Shown: positions 11,197 to 25,074 of the stretch, in pieces
Numbering within the stretch: position 1 is the first letter of the stretch
How the letters are laid out: each line of letters starts with the position of its first letter
DNA from: Octopus vulgaris
Taxonomy: Eukaryota
Assembly (NCBI GenBank): GCA_951406725.2
Contig: OX597822.1
Location: forward strand, 11,470,001-11,534,000
Length of the DNA stretch: 64,000 nucleotides
Direction: 5' to 3'
Position numbers and translations under genes: made by a program
Notes under the pieces: generated by a model
What the model saw: only the letters and a program-made list of their open reading frames with translations
Database searches by the model: none
What the model was told of the DNA's origin: nothing

Positions 11197-12519
11197 CTGT
11201 GAGAGTTAGAGGTTGGGAAACCAACCAACTACGGGATGTACCTATCCAATATACAACTGGTAGTGTACCCAATTATTCATACTCAAGTGCTGATTATTGC
11301 GGGGTAATCTCGCTGTTGAGTGTTATATATGGACGGGGGTAAAAGGTGGTTTACCCTTAATTTATACAGTGAATAAGAGAAAATGGAGAAGATACAAAAA
11401 TGACATACATCAGCTGGTAGAAATGTTATTATGTCTATTTATTCCGAAACAAAAGGGAGTATTATAAGAATACATACAGATGCAAAGACTGTGTGCTACA
11501 CAAATATATACTAGTAATACATATCTCTTTTATGCATTACTATATATATATATATATATATATATGTAAAAGTAGAAATTTTAAATGTAGAAATTTAAAA
11601 CTTTTGTTTTTATATAGAGTCTGTCGAGGTGTCCACAAGGCTTGGCATTGTGGGTACGAAAGTTTTTCATTATTTGGTTTATTAGCCACTAAGGGCTCAA
11701 TACAGAGGCACGATACAGGACATACTGGTGGGGTCATACATGAAAGCGTGTATCAAAAATTAACAATAGGGAAAGGACAGTAATTTCCCCAAAGGGGAAA
11801 CTCCTAAAGCCATGAAACGACCTGATTACTAAGGTGAAAGCCTTTTTTTTTTTTAAATTAGAGATTCATGCTCAAGTTTGACCCGTTCATTCGAACTATT
11901 CTTGCAACGCTTAACCAAAAATAAAAATAAAACTACTTACTGTTTTGGTTGAGGGGCGGATGAGTGGTTTTCTCACTCTTTTAGTGGGCTCTGAGTGTAT
12001 CCAAGTTCAGGATTTTATAGAGAATTTTACTTATAGTTTTCTGAAATTTGCTCACTATCTAGGGTAATTTTCCTTTATGTCACTGAGCGTGTTATTTGAA
12101 ATGTTGAGGATCTGTATGTCTGGTGGTGCTTTGGGCGTGCCCAAAGAAAATTATGTTCTTTATGATGGTGGTTTCTGTTTTGTGTGCGGTTCTGGTAGTG
12201 GTATTGGTGGTGTTAGAAATTATGGGTGTTGTGGTTAGTGGTTGGTGTGAGTGTGTGTTGTGGGGAGCTGCTGTGGTTCTGTCCGTTTTTTTTTTTGTAT
12301 TCTTCTTTGTAAACCTTCTTTCCACTCTACTTTGTTCGTTCTTTTTCCACGTTTCCAAGTCAGACTCGGGAAGTGGTAACTCTGTTGGGTTGGCGCCCGT
12401 TGGTGTCCCTTTTAGGGCCCCTTTTAAGGTTTTTTGCTGTTGCTTTTTCATTTTTTCCTGTTGTTGTTGTTTATGCTTTGTTTTCCGTAGCCAGTCCTGT
12501 TGCTGTTGCTGTGTTTGGT

Positions 12520-13075
12520 AATCCATTGGTGATGATGTTGGTGGTGGTGGTGGTATTAGTATCCTTCCATTGGTGATGGTGGTGATGTTGGTGGTGGTAC
12601 CCTTCTATTGGTGATGGTGGTGGTGGTGGTGCTCTTCCATTGGTGATGGTGGTGGCGGTGGTGGTGGTGGTGGTGCCCTTCCATTGGTGATGGTGGTGGC
12701 GGTGGTGGTGGTGGTGGTGCCCTTCTATTGGTGATGGTGGTAGTGGTGGTGCTCTTCCATTGGTGATGGTGGTGGCGGTGGTGGTGGTGGTAGTATCCTT
12801 CAATTTGTGATGGTGGGGTGGTGATTTTGCCCTTCTATTGGTGATTATTATGGTGGTGGTGGAGGTGGTGGTGGTGGTAGTGTCCTTCCATAGGTGATGG
12901 TGGTGGTAGCGATGTCTCTCCATTGGTGGTGATCGTGTGTCCTTTAATTGATGATGGCGGCGGCGGTGGTGGTATCCTTTCATCGGTGATGACGGTGGTG
13001 GTGGTGGTGGTGGTGGTCCTTGGTGGTGGTGGTGGTGTAGTCGCCTATAGTGATGGTGGTGTAGTCGCCTATAGA
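12520..13075. repeat. GGT-rich minisatellite, ~35-45 bp unit anchored by (c/t)attggtgatggtggtgg
   Basis: About a dozen degenerate units separated by ccttcc/cccttct spacers. Confidence 0.85.
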
Positions 13076-13826
13076 ATTTGGTAATTAGCATCAGCCTTGC
13101 TAATTAGACATCTACCATTAAAGGTCTTCGCCTTATTGTATTAACGAAAGAACAGTAGCAGCAACACTTTTGTGGTCCTTAACAGTGCGTAGGGAAGGTT
13201 CACTGGAATAAAGTTACAACTTAGAAGAGGGTTATTTCTGCATTTAAACTTCTGGTAAATTGATTTATTTCACAGGGAATTATCAACATGTTTATTATCG
13301 AACAAAGCAGTTCAGTTATAAAAACCGACAAAATAAGTAGAAATCTTAGAGAATAAAACAACTGGGAGCAATTTATTCCTTTAAAACCTTTGAAAGCGGT
13401 GCTGTAGCATGGCCGCAGTTCAATAATCGAAGCAAGTAAAAGATAAGAGATTATTTTATAAGTACACACACGCAAATACGAATGTACGTACAGACCCACG
13501 CTTGTGTATGTATATGTACGAATATGTGTAATCGCATTCATATATATGTATATATTGCACATATATATATACATGTGTACGTGCGTGTATGTAAAGGAAA
13601 TAATGAACGAAAGATAAATAGGAAGATAATACTAAATCGATTAGGAAATCAATCCCAAAACACATCAAAACATTCGAAGCATCACTGAATCATAATCCTT
13701 ACCCCAAAATACATGATCGATAAGTAATCTATCACATTAAGTCATTTCTTAAATATGTCCATATTTACCGATAAACAGAACTACCTAGCGTACATACACT
13801 TTGGTCTCTTATATGGTATATATATA

Positions 13827-13922
<96 letters not shown>

Positions 13923-14613
13923 GTATATATTAATGTATATATATATATATATTTATATATATATGCATATATACATACAGACACACCATGCGCTCACAGA
14001 CACACACCAAACACACACACATATATTGTATGCATATACATTTATATTAGATATAATATTGTTAACTTTTTACAATCACAGCTTATGAATATATATATAT
14101 ATATGTGTGTGTATGTGTGTGTGTGTGTTTTCACGTATTTATATAAGTAGGAATGCATGTATATGTATTTGTTTGTTTCTGTGTTCATAAACACACACTC
14201 GCACGAAAACACACGTACACACACGCACATACATATATATGCACGTCTGTCTATTTGTAGGATTGCTGTCAATTAGTTATTTTCGCATTATTTTCCCTTT
14301 CTTTTTTTTTTTTAAAAGAAAGTACTTTTCATTTTTTTCGATTCTTAAGAGCATAATGTAGCATTCCGCCTGAAATGATTGGTTGAAGGTTTTATTTTAT
14401 TGGAGAGGACAGAATGATATGTAGAAAGCGTGGTATTGAAGGGTGTTGTGCGTGTGGATAGCGCAGGTACGGTCAGGAAAACAGAAATATCAATATAAAA
14501 ATAATAAAGGCTTAAATCGATCAATCGAACCGAACTCAAAACAAGATTTAAAAAATATTAGTAAATACAGTGAGAAGGAAGTAAACAGTACTTTATATAA
14601 ATATATATAAACA

Positions 14614-14649
<36 letters not shown>

Positions 14650-14755
14650 TGTATGTGTGTGTGTGTACGTACGTGTTTTTGCGTGCGGGCACGCACACAA
14701 ACAACACGCTCACGCAAACACATACACAGAAACCCACATATTCATATATATGGGT

Positions 14756-14849
<94 letters not shown>

Positions 14850-15125
14850 TGTATGTATGTATGTTTTGGCCGTGAATTGGTTCGTTACATCATCGAACAA
14901 AATGCTTCGGCTGTATTTATTTCTTCTGGCCTTTTTACATTATAAGTTCAAATTCCGACGGGATCGATTTCGGCATTCGTCGTCTCGGGATCGACAAAAC
15001 GAACCTCGGCTGAGTAATAAAGTCGATGTAATCGATATTTTCCTCTCTTCTAAGATTTACTAGTTTTATGCCAAAATAGGAATCCATACACTTATACATG
15101 TACCAACTTATATATATATGTACAC

Positions 15126-15211
<86 letters not shown>

Positions 15212-15614
15212 ATGTATGAATGTATGTATGTTTATATAAAATCAAGGAAAGGAGAAAACAAATTCAAAGTCCGAAGTGTATATTCATTCAATCCATATTA
15301 ACAAAATTGTCCAAGGTATACAAAGTGCATACATATATGCCTTCATCCATGTGATGCATACAAATTTCTAAGAATTCATAAATACATACATATACACGAA
15401 AATTTATAACTATATAAAAATTCATACAAATATAAAAATATATAACCACATAAAAATTTATAAATATAAATATATAAAAAGCGTAAGTCCATAAATGTAC
15501 TTGCAAAGTCCGAAAGAAGGAGTCTGGAACATGTATAAAGTCTTACGGCCGTTTCGAAAAGATATAACTCTGGTGAGAGAAATATAGAGTATTACTATGG
15601 TTGGAGTTAGCTCG

Positions 15615-16091
15615 CCCGTCCGGCTTTGTGCAGCTCCCAGCGAACAGTTTTTGTGGAAATTGGGTTCTTGAGCTGGTCATTAAGCTCTGCAGTAATTTTG
15701 GGAGTTGTACTTTTGTGATCCTTTCTAACAAATCGCGTAAGAGTCCGATGATACCTATCTGAAAGTTTTGGTTTTCTTCCAGAGTTTTGTTTCGACAAGG
15801 AGGTTTTTCCCTCTTTCTCAAAGGCTATCATTACTTTCGAGACAGTACTTCTTGATACACCAAACATTTCGGCTGTTTTCGTTAGCTAGCGCCTGCTATA
15901 AGAGCACCAACAATTTGAATATTAATTACCTTTTTCTGATGATATCTAAAAAAGCAATTTTAGCAAAACCTACTAAGCAACACTATCAATAAATTATAAA
16001 CATAAAAATAAACAAGTTTTTAATAGTTTTTATAGATATTTCAAAATTATGATGCTATGATGCTAGGTGTTTCCATTGCCTTGTCCAATCC

Positions 16092-16094
<3 letters not shown>
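15615..16094 (-). mobile_element. Partial Tc1 (5' part and TIR), same family as 2693-3815
   Basis: FGVSRSTVSKV..GRKPKLSDR HTH region; TIR ggtgtttccattgccttgtccaatccatg followed by TA. Confidence 0.88.
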
Positions 16095-16160
<66 letters not shown>

Positions 16161-16164
16161 TATT

Positions 16165-16195
<31 letters not shown>

Positions 16196-16286
16196 GTATA
16201 TATATATATTGATGTAATTTTATTCATTCATATGTACTTACGTATATACACATATACACATGAGTATATGTCTGCAGATGTGTATG

Positions 16287-16335
<49 letters not shown>

Positions 16336-16499
16336 GAAGAAAATTACAGACTAATTATTTTTCATTTCGCTTCATAAAATACTTAATTAATATACTTCAG
16401 GTTATGTCATGCTGATGGCTATTAAAAAGAATGATATTATGCTATTTATGATTACGTCTGACTAGAAATTGTAAAATCCGTATTTGTAAAATATTTTTG

Positions 16500-16880
16500 C
16501 ATGGAAAGAAGCTTGTTTCCCAGCCGCTTAGTTCCGGGTTCAGTCCCACTGCGTGGCACCTTGGGCAAGTGTCTTCTACTATAGCCTCAGGTCCACGAAA
16601 GCCTTGTGTGTGACTTTGTTAGACGGAAACTGAAAAAAACCCGTCGTAAATATATATATATATTTGCGTGTGTGTGTGTGTTTGTCTCACCGTCATCGTT
16701 TGATAACTGATGTTGGTGTGTTTACGTACCCGTAATGTAGCAGTTCGGGAAAAGAGATTGATAGAATAAGTACCAGACTTACAAAGAATAAGGCCTAGGG
16801 TAGATTTGTTCGACCAACACCCTTAAAAGCAGAGCTACAGCATGGCCGCAGTGAAATGACCGGGACAAGTAAGAGGATGC
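16500..16880 (+). mobile_element. tRNA-derived SINE, family A (CORE-like segment, internal microsatellite)
   Basis: ccgggttcagtcccactgcgtggcaccttgggcaagtgtctt..., tail agcatggccgcagt..tgac; many other copies in the window. Confidence 0.85.
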
Positions 16881-17088
16881 AGAATAATTATTGATTTAAA
16901 CGCGTACACACATACACTCATATATACACATATCCAAACATGTATACCTGTGTATGTGTGTGAGGCGTAGTGGTTATAGTGGTGGCTCCCAACCTTTTTC
17001 ACAGTGGTTTCCTAAACTTTTATTTAAATGAGTTTTCCTACGGACCCCTTTTGATATGCTTATCCTTATGTGTGTGTGTATATATATA

Positions 17089-17146
<58 letters not shown>

Positions 17147-17153
17147 ACACATA

Positions 17154-17193
<40 letters not shown>

Positions 17194-17212
17194 CATACAC
17201 ACACACACACAT

Positions 17213-17271
<59 letters not shown>

Positions 17272-17341
17272 TAAAATGTAACCACCGGTGAATCGTTGGC
17301 GATTTTCTTCCTCCGTCTTCTCTTCTTTTGGGCTTACCTCT

Positions 17342-17376
17342 ATTTCTGAAGAAGGGCTTTGTTCGAAAAGTTAAAT
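17342..17376 (+). ncRNA. Minimal hammerhead motif with intact CUGAAGA core
   Basis: ATTT-CTGAAGA-A-GGGC ttt GTTC-GAAAA-GTT-AAAT. Confidence 0.6.
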
Positions 17377-17420
17377 CCTCTTTCCTTTCCTGAGCGTCTG
17401 ATAATACATTACTTTTACCC

Positions 17421-17915
17421 CGTTTGGGACAAGTCCTTCTAGGATCTTCCAGATGTATATTATGGCGTATCTTTCTCGTCTACACTCCAAGGAATAGAGT
17501 CTTAATCTCTTGAGTCTTTCCCAATAGCTTATATGCTGCATAGAGGCTATCTTCTTCGTGAAGCTTCGTTGGATTGCCTCAAGTTCTGAGATTATTTTGA
17601 CACTGGTTGGTGACCACAGCTGACAGCAATAGTCAAAGTGGATTAGGACAAGTGTCCTCTAGAGGACTATCATGGATTCCCGGTCTCTTGTTCTAAAAGT
17701 TCAAAGAATCCATCCGGTCAGCCGCCTGCATTTCATTGCCAATTTATCAACATGCACATGAAAGGTTGCATCATTACTCATGTAAATACCCAGGTCTCGC
17801 ACTGACTGTGCCTCTGGATTGGAATCCCTCCAGGTCCAGTGTATTTATTGGATATTGCATTTAGTTTTGCATGCTGATAGCACAACGCTTGAAACTTTTC
17901 ACCATTAAACTGCAG
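17421..17915 (-). mobile_element. CR1/L2-group LINE, RT C-terminal fragment
   Basis: Minus translation QFNGEKFQ...VRDLGIYMS...FDYCCQLWSP...LEAIQRSFTKKI...[19 protein letters not shown] with stops and a frameshift. Confidence 0.88.
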
Positions 17916-18234
17916 GCTTATACATATAAATGTATGTCACGCACACACACTCATACAACTCATATATATAAATGTATGTATGTGTGTATGTGCACGTGTA
18001 TAGAAGGAACCGATATGCACCCATTAAGGACATAATAGCATCATATTGAAATATTGAATACAAAATGTATGATAGTAGAAAATAACTGGCCCAAGAATCC
18101 TTGTGATGTTTGTTCTGTCATGAAATTTAGACAGAAAACAGATGGTCAATCACGCAGTCAGATATATTGTCCCATGCGTTGCCCTGTTGGAAACAATTAA
18201 ATATCTCTATAGCTAGCGAAATAAATAAATGACT

Positions 18235-18415
18235 AGGAGCTGGTGTGGCTGTGTGGTAAGTAGGTTGCTTAAAAAAAAACACATTGTTCCGAGTTGAGTC
18301 CCACTGCGTGGCACATTGGGCAAGTGTCTTTTACTATCGTCTTGGTCCGACCAAGCCTTGTGAGTGGATTTGTCAGACGAAAACCAAAAAGAAACCCCTT
18401 TTATACACACACGCA
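18235..18415 (+). mobile_element. SINE family A, 5' half
   Basis: Head gtggctgtgtggtaagtagg...gagttgagtcccactgcgtggcacattgggcaag. Confidence 0.8.
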
Positions 18416-18437
18416 TATATATATATATATATATATA

Positions 18438-20046
18438 CAGTGGGGGGAATAAATATTCGTTCATGTCAAAATTCTCTATTTATCTAATTTCTAATGAACA
18501 TAAATGGAATATACCAATACTATATTTGCATACACATGCATAAAGTAAGAATATGCAAAAGAAACTAATAAATTATACTTACTAAGGAATTTATATACAA
18601 TTATAAATATTTAGGGGTGAAAAAAGTATTCGTAGAGAACATAAATAACTGACAATTCTCATTTAATACTTCGTGGCATAACCATTATTCAGTTCCACTT
18701 CAACCAATTTCTTCTTCTAGTTCTTAATCAATGACTCGCATGTTTCTTTAGGAATTTTTTCCCATTCTTCTTGACAAATTTTCTTCAAATCTGCACGTTG
18801 GGGCTCTTGAATGAGTTTTAATTTTCAAATAACGCCACAAATTTTCAATGGAGTTCAAGTCAGGTGACTGGTTTGGCCATTCTAATAATTTTATATTGTG
18901 ATCGACAATCCATGTTTTTGGTAGACTTCGCCATGTGCTTAGGGTTGTTATCCTGTTGTAAAATCCACCCTTCACAAAGCTGGAGCTTTTCTACAGAGTC
19001 CCATAAATTATTGTTCAAAATATGTTGGTACATCTCTGCATCCATTCAACCATCTATCACATGTAAATTGCCAGTACCATTTGCAGAGAAAAACCCCCAC
19101 ACCATGATGTTGCCACCTCCAAACTTTATGGTAGGAATTGTGTTTTTCGGTGAGTAGGCAGTACCATCTTTCCTTCAAACATGGCTACGCGAATTACTTC
19201 CAAACAATTCAATTTTCGACTCGTCTGTCCATAGAACATTTTCCCAGAATGTCTCAGGTGTATCTTTATGTTCATAAAGATATTTTAAACGGGCATCTTT
19301 ATGCCTTTTTGTCAACAGTGGAGTTCTTCTAGGAGAGCGTGACTTCAGTTCATTCCTATGAAGTTCATTGCTGATTGTTCATTGTGTAACACTAGTCCCT
19401 GAAGCGAACAAATCTTCTTGCAACTCCTTTCTGGTGATCATTGCATTTTTACCGATTCTTCGCTTCATTTTTCTTAAAGATCTAGGGGAAATCTTGCATG
19501 GTGCACGGGATCTTACTCTGTTTTAAACAGTTCCCGATTTTTTATATCTTTAAATAAATGAAGATATGGTAGAAAATGGAATACAAATGGTTTCTGATAT
19601 TTTCCTGTAACTTTTAAATGTTTTCCACTGTTCAATAATTACGTTTTTCACTGTATTTGTGAGTTCTTTACTTTTCGCCATTATTACGATACTACTTTAT
19701 GTTGTTTCAGTGCTGAATGAAGAAGCTAGCGTTTTGAGACTTAAAAATGACAACTGATAAGATTATTGGAACAAACGAGAAAGTTCTAGTAAAAAACAAA
19801 ATTATTTTAACAGTATTTTGTGGCATAGAAAATCATAAATTTATTCCTTACGAATACTTTTTTCACCCCTAAATATTTATGATTGTATATAAATTCCTTA
19901 GTTACTATAAGTCATTAGTTTCTTTTGCATATTTTAAGTTTATGTATCTGTATGCAAATATAGTATTGGTATATCCCATTTATGTTCACTAGAAATTAGA
20001 TAAATAAAGAATTTTTACATGTACGAATATTTATTTCCCCCCACTG
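18438..20046 (-). mobile_element. Full-length Tc1 with ~200-bp IR/DR-type TIRs; transposase pseudogene ~18663-19681
   Basis: TA|cagtggggggaataaatattcgt...acgaatatttatttccccccactg|TA; MAKSKEL start, [40 protein letters not shown]. Confidence 0.96.
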
Positions 20047-20290
20047 TATATATATATATATATAAAGTAAAAAGTAAACGGAGAAATGCTGATTAACAAC
20101 AATTGACTTACATCAATAACATTTATTCATTCAATGCAAATAGCCTGCATTCCATCTTACAGCTGTTTCTGTTTCATATGAACATAATGTTTGCATATGT
20201 ATGCTCATGGTTAAACGTAGGTAATATACCGGTACTGTAATGGATACTTGTATCCTTTAGAAGGTTATTTTCACTCAACTATATATACAT

Positions 20291-20377
<87 letters not shown>

Positions 20378-20378
<1 letters not shown>

Positions 20379-20772
20379 TAGCAGTATCGCCCGGCGTTGC
20401 TCGGGTTTGTAAGGGAAATAATTATATAAGCATTTTTAGAGATGTAAAGTATAATAGCCATCTCAATATGGCTAACCACAAAGGGGGAGGGGTGTTACTG
20501 TAGCTTTTTACGTTCTGAGATTTAATAATAAATTTTAGAGAGTTACTTCCCTTATATATGTCAAAAATGGATTAAAAATGGGAAAAATTGATGGTAAATT
20601 TTTTTTTAAATCGTAGACTCATCGTAGACGCGCGCTAATACCCAGACGGTCTCGATATGAATCACGACTATAAGATACCCGGTTTTGGTTAAACTGCACC
20701 GCAAAATGTGGGAGTAGTTAGGAATCTAAATCGTAGGAGACAGACACACAACCTCACTTTTATATATAAAGA
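20378..20772 (-). mobile_element. Non-autonomous Helitron
   Basis: Minus strand A|TCTTTATATATAAAAG... start; 3' hairpin CCCGAGCAACGCCGGG then CTAG|T; no TSD. Confidence 0.85.
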
Positions 20773-20835
20773 TTTCCTCTATTTACATAATATTGAGGTC
20801 TCTTTCTTTCTTTTGTTATCTTACTGTTTTTAGCA

Positions 20836-20874
<39 letters not shown>

Positions 20875-20960
20875 TATATATATAAATATATATATAGTTA
20901 CAGAGATGTACTTGCATAGCAAGTGACTTGATCTGAGATCGTGTGCTGGAACGAAAACAG

Positions 20961-21219
20961 TTGCAGCGTTGAAGGTGTTTATAAGCCATTTAAGAAACAC
21001 ACAAAAACCGTTAGATTCACTTCAACATTTAAATTTAATTTGTCAAAATATTTTCGTCGCTTTGAGACCGCGACCTGTTAGCACGATATTTTTGTCAGTG
21101 AACAGGTCGCGGTCTCAAAGCGACGAAAATATTTTGGCAAATTAAATTTAAATGTTGAAGTGAATGTAACGGTTTTTGTGTGTTTCTTAAATGGCTTACA
21201 AACACCTTCCACGCTGCAA
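20961..21219. repeat. Foldback, arms ~119 bp, ~21-nt spacer
   Basis: 20961-21079 is the reverse complement of 21101-21219 with few mismatches. Confidence 0.92.
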
Positions 21220-21235
21220 TATATATATACACACA

Positions 21236-21266
<31 letters not shown>

Positions 21267-21574
21267 GTGTATATGTGTATGCATGTATGTGTGTGTGTGT
21301 GCGTGTCTGTGCTTGTGATTGTCCTCCACCACTGCTTGACAACGAATGTTGGTTTGTTTACATCCCTGTCAACTAGTGGTTTGACAAAGGAAACAGACAG
21401 AATAAGTACAATGCTTACAAAAATAAAACTGGAGTTGATTCATTAAACTACAATTCTTCAAGGCATTGCCCCAACATGGCCACAGACCAATGGCTGGAAA
21501 AAGCAGAAGAATAAAAGAATACATTCTCTGCTTTGGTCTTATGTTCAAGGCATGAGAAAGCTTGAGTTTACATG

Positions 21575-21851
21575 AGAAGGCCTAACAGACCTGGTAGAGA
21601 CAGCAGCCAAATCTCCCTCAAATCACACCTTACTGTCTTATGTATGTATATATATATGAGCCAATGAGGGGGACCTCTACATGGTAGCTAGACCTGGTAG
21701 AAATAGCAGCCAAATTTCCCCCAAATCACACCTTACTGTCTTATCTATGTATATATGTATGTATGAGCCGATGAGGGAGACCCCTACATGGCAGCTAGAC
21801 ATGGTAGAAATAGCAGCCAAATCTCCCTCAAATCACACCTTACTGTCTTAT
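21575..21851 (+). repeat. Tandem triplication of a ~100-bp unit
   Basis: tggtag..cagccaaat.tccc.caaatcacaccttactgtctta occurs three times, separated by (TATG)-type spacers. Confidence 0.9.
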
Positions 21852-23434
21852 CTTTCTGCTACTTGGATATAGGTCTTATATTCGTCGTAAAAAACTTTCC
21901 TGTCACACACTCACGCACACGCACACACACACACACACACTCACACACCCTCACACACACACACGTGCGCACACACACACACACACTCACACACACGCAC
22001 GTTAGCTTACAATTTTATATATATATTTGCGTGCGTGTGGAAAGAGGAAGTGGGAGGCAGAGTGAAAGAATCACTCACTACAGTAAGTGAATTACTTTCA
22101 TTTTATTCGTTGCCCACTGTGTGTGTGCGTTTGCGTGTGGTGTAAACCAGACTAAGAAAAGCATTTGACACACACACCAGAATGTGAGTTTTCTGTAAAT
22201 TTTGCTTAATTGGAGTTTAAATTTTAAAAACTGGACCTGGCATGACGCGATGCATTGTACTCTTAAAAATGCTAGGTAAATTGTAATTGAAGAAATCCTA
22301 TATTGTAGATTTCTATAGCTCCCAAAGGGAGGCAGATAAAATCTGCCTTTTATAATAAGAGATATATATATATATATGCATGTATATATGTATGTATGTA
22401 TGTTTGCGCATGTGTGTGTACTTCAGTGTGATTTTCGGTATGTGTCTGACACTCAGTATCGCATGACAGACGGTGCTGGCATGTTTATGTCCCGGCAGCT
22501 TAGCAGTTCTGCATTTCGACTTATAAAATAAATACTAGGCTTGAAAAATAATTGTAGGAGTCGATTAATTCGCCTATAAATTCTTGGAGATGGTGTCACA
22601 GCATGGCCGCAGTCTAAGGACGGAGACAGGCAGGAGATAACAAACGATGAATTAAAAATGTAAAATAGAAGAATAAAATCTGAGTATTATGTGTGTGTGT
22701 GCGTGTGTGAGAGTGTATATGTGCATGTGTATATGTGTGTGTGTGTAAGTGTGTGCTTGTGTGTGTATATATGCGTATCCGTGTATGTGTGTGTATGTGT
22801 GCGTCTGCGCGTGTTCATGTGTATATATATGTGTATGTGTGTATGTGTGTGTATGTGTGTGTGCGTGTGCATGTGTGTATGTGCGAGTGCGTGCTTGTGT
22901 GTATGTGTGTGTCTACGTGTGTACCTGTGAGATTGTGTGTATGCATGTGTGTGTGTGAGCGTGTGCATGTGTGCATGTTTATGTGTGCGTGCGTGTGTTT
23001 CTATGTGTGCGTGTATGTGCGTGTTTTTGTATGTGTTTGTGTATATGCCTGTATGTGTGTATGTGTGTGCGTGTGTGTATGTATGTATGCGTGTGTATGT
23101 GTATGTACGTGTGTGTGTGCGCGTGTGTCTATTTGTTGCATTGGTGTTTTAAATGGCGAGGCCTTATACTTGTTTTCTGAAGCAATGATTAAGATTAATG
23201 TAATTGATCACGACACGAGGAATCGCATCGTCTTCACAGCAGATGCCTTCACCCTCCATCTCTCTATCTCTATCCACAAGCACATCTTTCAGTGTCTCGC
23301 CACTCCAAATATGTGTATCCTCTTACACCTCCCCCCCACACACGCACACACATACATACACACAGGTTTATATATATTCATATGCATTTTAACACGCATA
23401 AGTATATATATATATATACATACAAGTAAGTATG

Positions 23435-23468
<34 letters not shown>

Positions 23469-23488
23469 TGCCTGCATGCACATTCGCA

Positions 23489-23555
<67 letters not shown>

Positions 23556-23653
23556 GTATCTATCTATGTATCTATCTATCTATCTATCTATCTATCTGAT
23601 TCGGGGTTAACCACAGTAAGTAAGGTACTATACATAGCAGAGTAAAATTAATT

Positions 23654-23753
23654 TATTATATAGAAGGATAAGGATATATGTTTCATCAAGAGAAATCTTC
23701 AGGAATGAAGATTTCTCTTGAATGAAACAGTATAGTCCTGTAGAAGCTCCTTC

Positions 23754-23761
<8 letters not shown>
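23654..23761. repeat. Short hairpin
   Basis: tgtttcatcaagagaaatcttca-ggaa-tgaagatttctcttgaatgaaaca, with outer ttatatagaagga / tccttctatataa. Confidence 0.8.
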
Positions 23762-23784
<23 letters not shown>

Positions 23785-23893
23785 AATATACATACATACA
23801 CACACATATATATATTTTTTCTTTCTTTCGCCATGATAGATCGCTAGCAACTAGACCTTTTTCTATTTTCTCTCCCTGTTTACTTTTGTGTCC

Positions 23894-23929
23894 CTTTCTG
23901 CTGAAGAGCGTAGGCATGAAACGTAAAAG
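23894..23929 (+). ncRNA. Degenerate minimal hammerhead motif (family of 669-704)
   Basis: CTTT-CTGCTGA-A-GAGC gtag GCAT-GAAAC-GTA-AAAG. Confidence 0.55.
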
Positions 23930-24017
23930 ACATTCTCACTTCCCGAGTGTTAAAGTTTGTTGTTTACACAGCAGTCTTCGTCTTTTGTTTTTTTTTTTTT
24001 TGTTTTGCAAATTCCAA

Positions 24018-24079
<62 letters not shown>

Positions 24080-24720
24080 ATAGGAAAACCACGTGGTTCA
24101 CACACCCCTACTCACTGGCAGTGACCTTCAATATAGGCAAGTATTTCTTTGCACTGATAGACATTTTCCAGTCAATCATATGTACAGAAAGCTCTTCAAT
24201 AGACAAAACTTAAAAATCATTTTCATCTCAACAACCAATTTTTAAAATATAATTGCACACAACACACGAAACCACAATACGAAACCAGCTGTCTAAGCAG
24301 AGATAAAAATAGTACCCGCAAAATGGAGCTTGCATGTCCAAGACCATCATTTATGAAGCCACCGTGGACTCTATATCCACCAAGGACACTGTTTTGACGA
24401 AGATATACGTGGGCCTTACAGAGGCTAATTTCAAGGCCAGGTTCAATAATCACACCTTGAGCTTCAGGCACTGGAATGAAAGGAAAACGACCAAATGATC
24501 CAGTCATATATGTTCATTAAAAGATAAAGGTGTTAGTTACAACATCCAATGGAAGCTTTTAGCCAAGTGTAAAGTGCGGTCTTTTGTGATATGGAAATAT
24601 GGCTCATCTGGAAACGAGGCTTAAACCATGCTACATGTCTGAATTCAAGGACATAACTTTTCGGGTCATGCCCACACGTGGCTAAATATTTGTTACGTTT
24701 TTGGTCCCCCTCAGACTACA
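24080..24720 (+). mobile_element. Penelope-like element ORF remnant (linker and GIY-YIG endonuclease)
   Basis: RKTTWFTHPYSLAVTFNIGKYFFALID..FP; GACMSKTIIYEATV...IYVGLTEANFKARFNNHTLSFRH...IQWKLL. Confidence 0.88.
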
Positions 24721-25074
24721 GATAGAACTTGCTTTCTATACTGTGTCTACGTAATGGCTTTTTATCTCTACACTTTTTACTTATATTTCTTATATATTTT
24801 TATATATATTTATATATTTTTATACGTATATTTTTTCCATATTTATAGAGATATTGGTTTATAGGTTTATTGCTTATATATATTTTTTTACACATAATTT
24901 TTCTGTATTCTATCTTCCACCCTGCATTTTCCCTGTGCGTATATGTCTTGTATATGGAAATTATCAGTTCCAATTCTGAATAAACAATATTCTCTCTTCA
25001 AAATTGTAACTGGTAACTTCCAAAATTCCTTGCCATAGATTATCATCGATCATTTTTACATCTCTGATTCCTCC

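Noticed and set aside
22190-22365. Helitron-like 5' end on the minus strand (and similar fragments at 35440-35640 and 63540-63660)
   Set aside because: Only one terminus is recognisable; boundaries cannot be supported.
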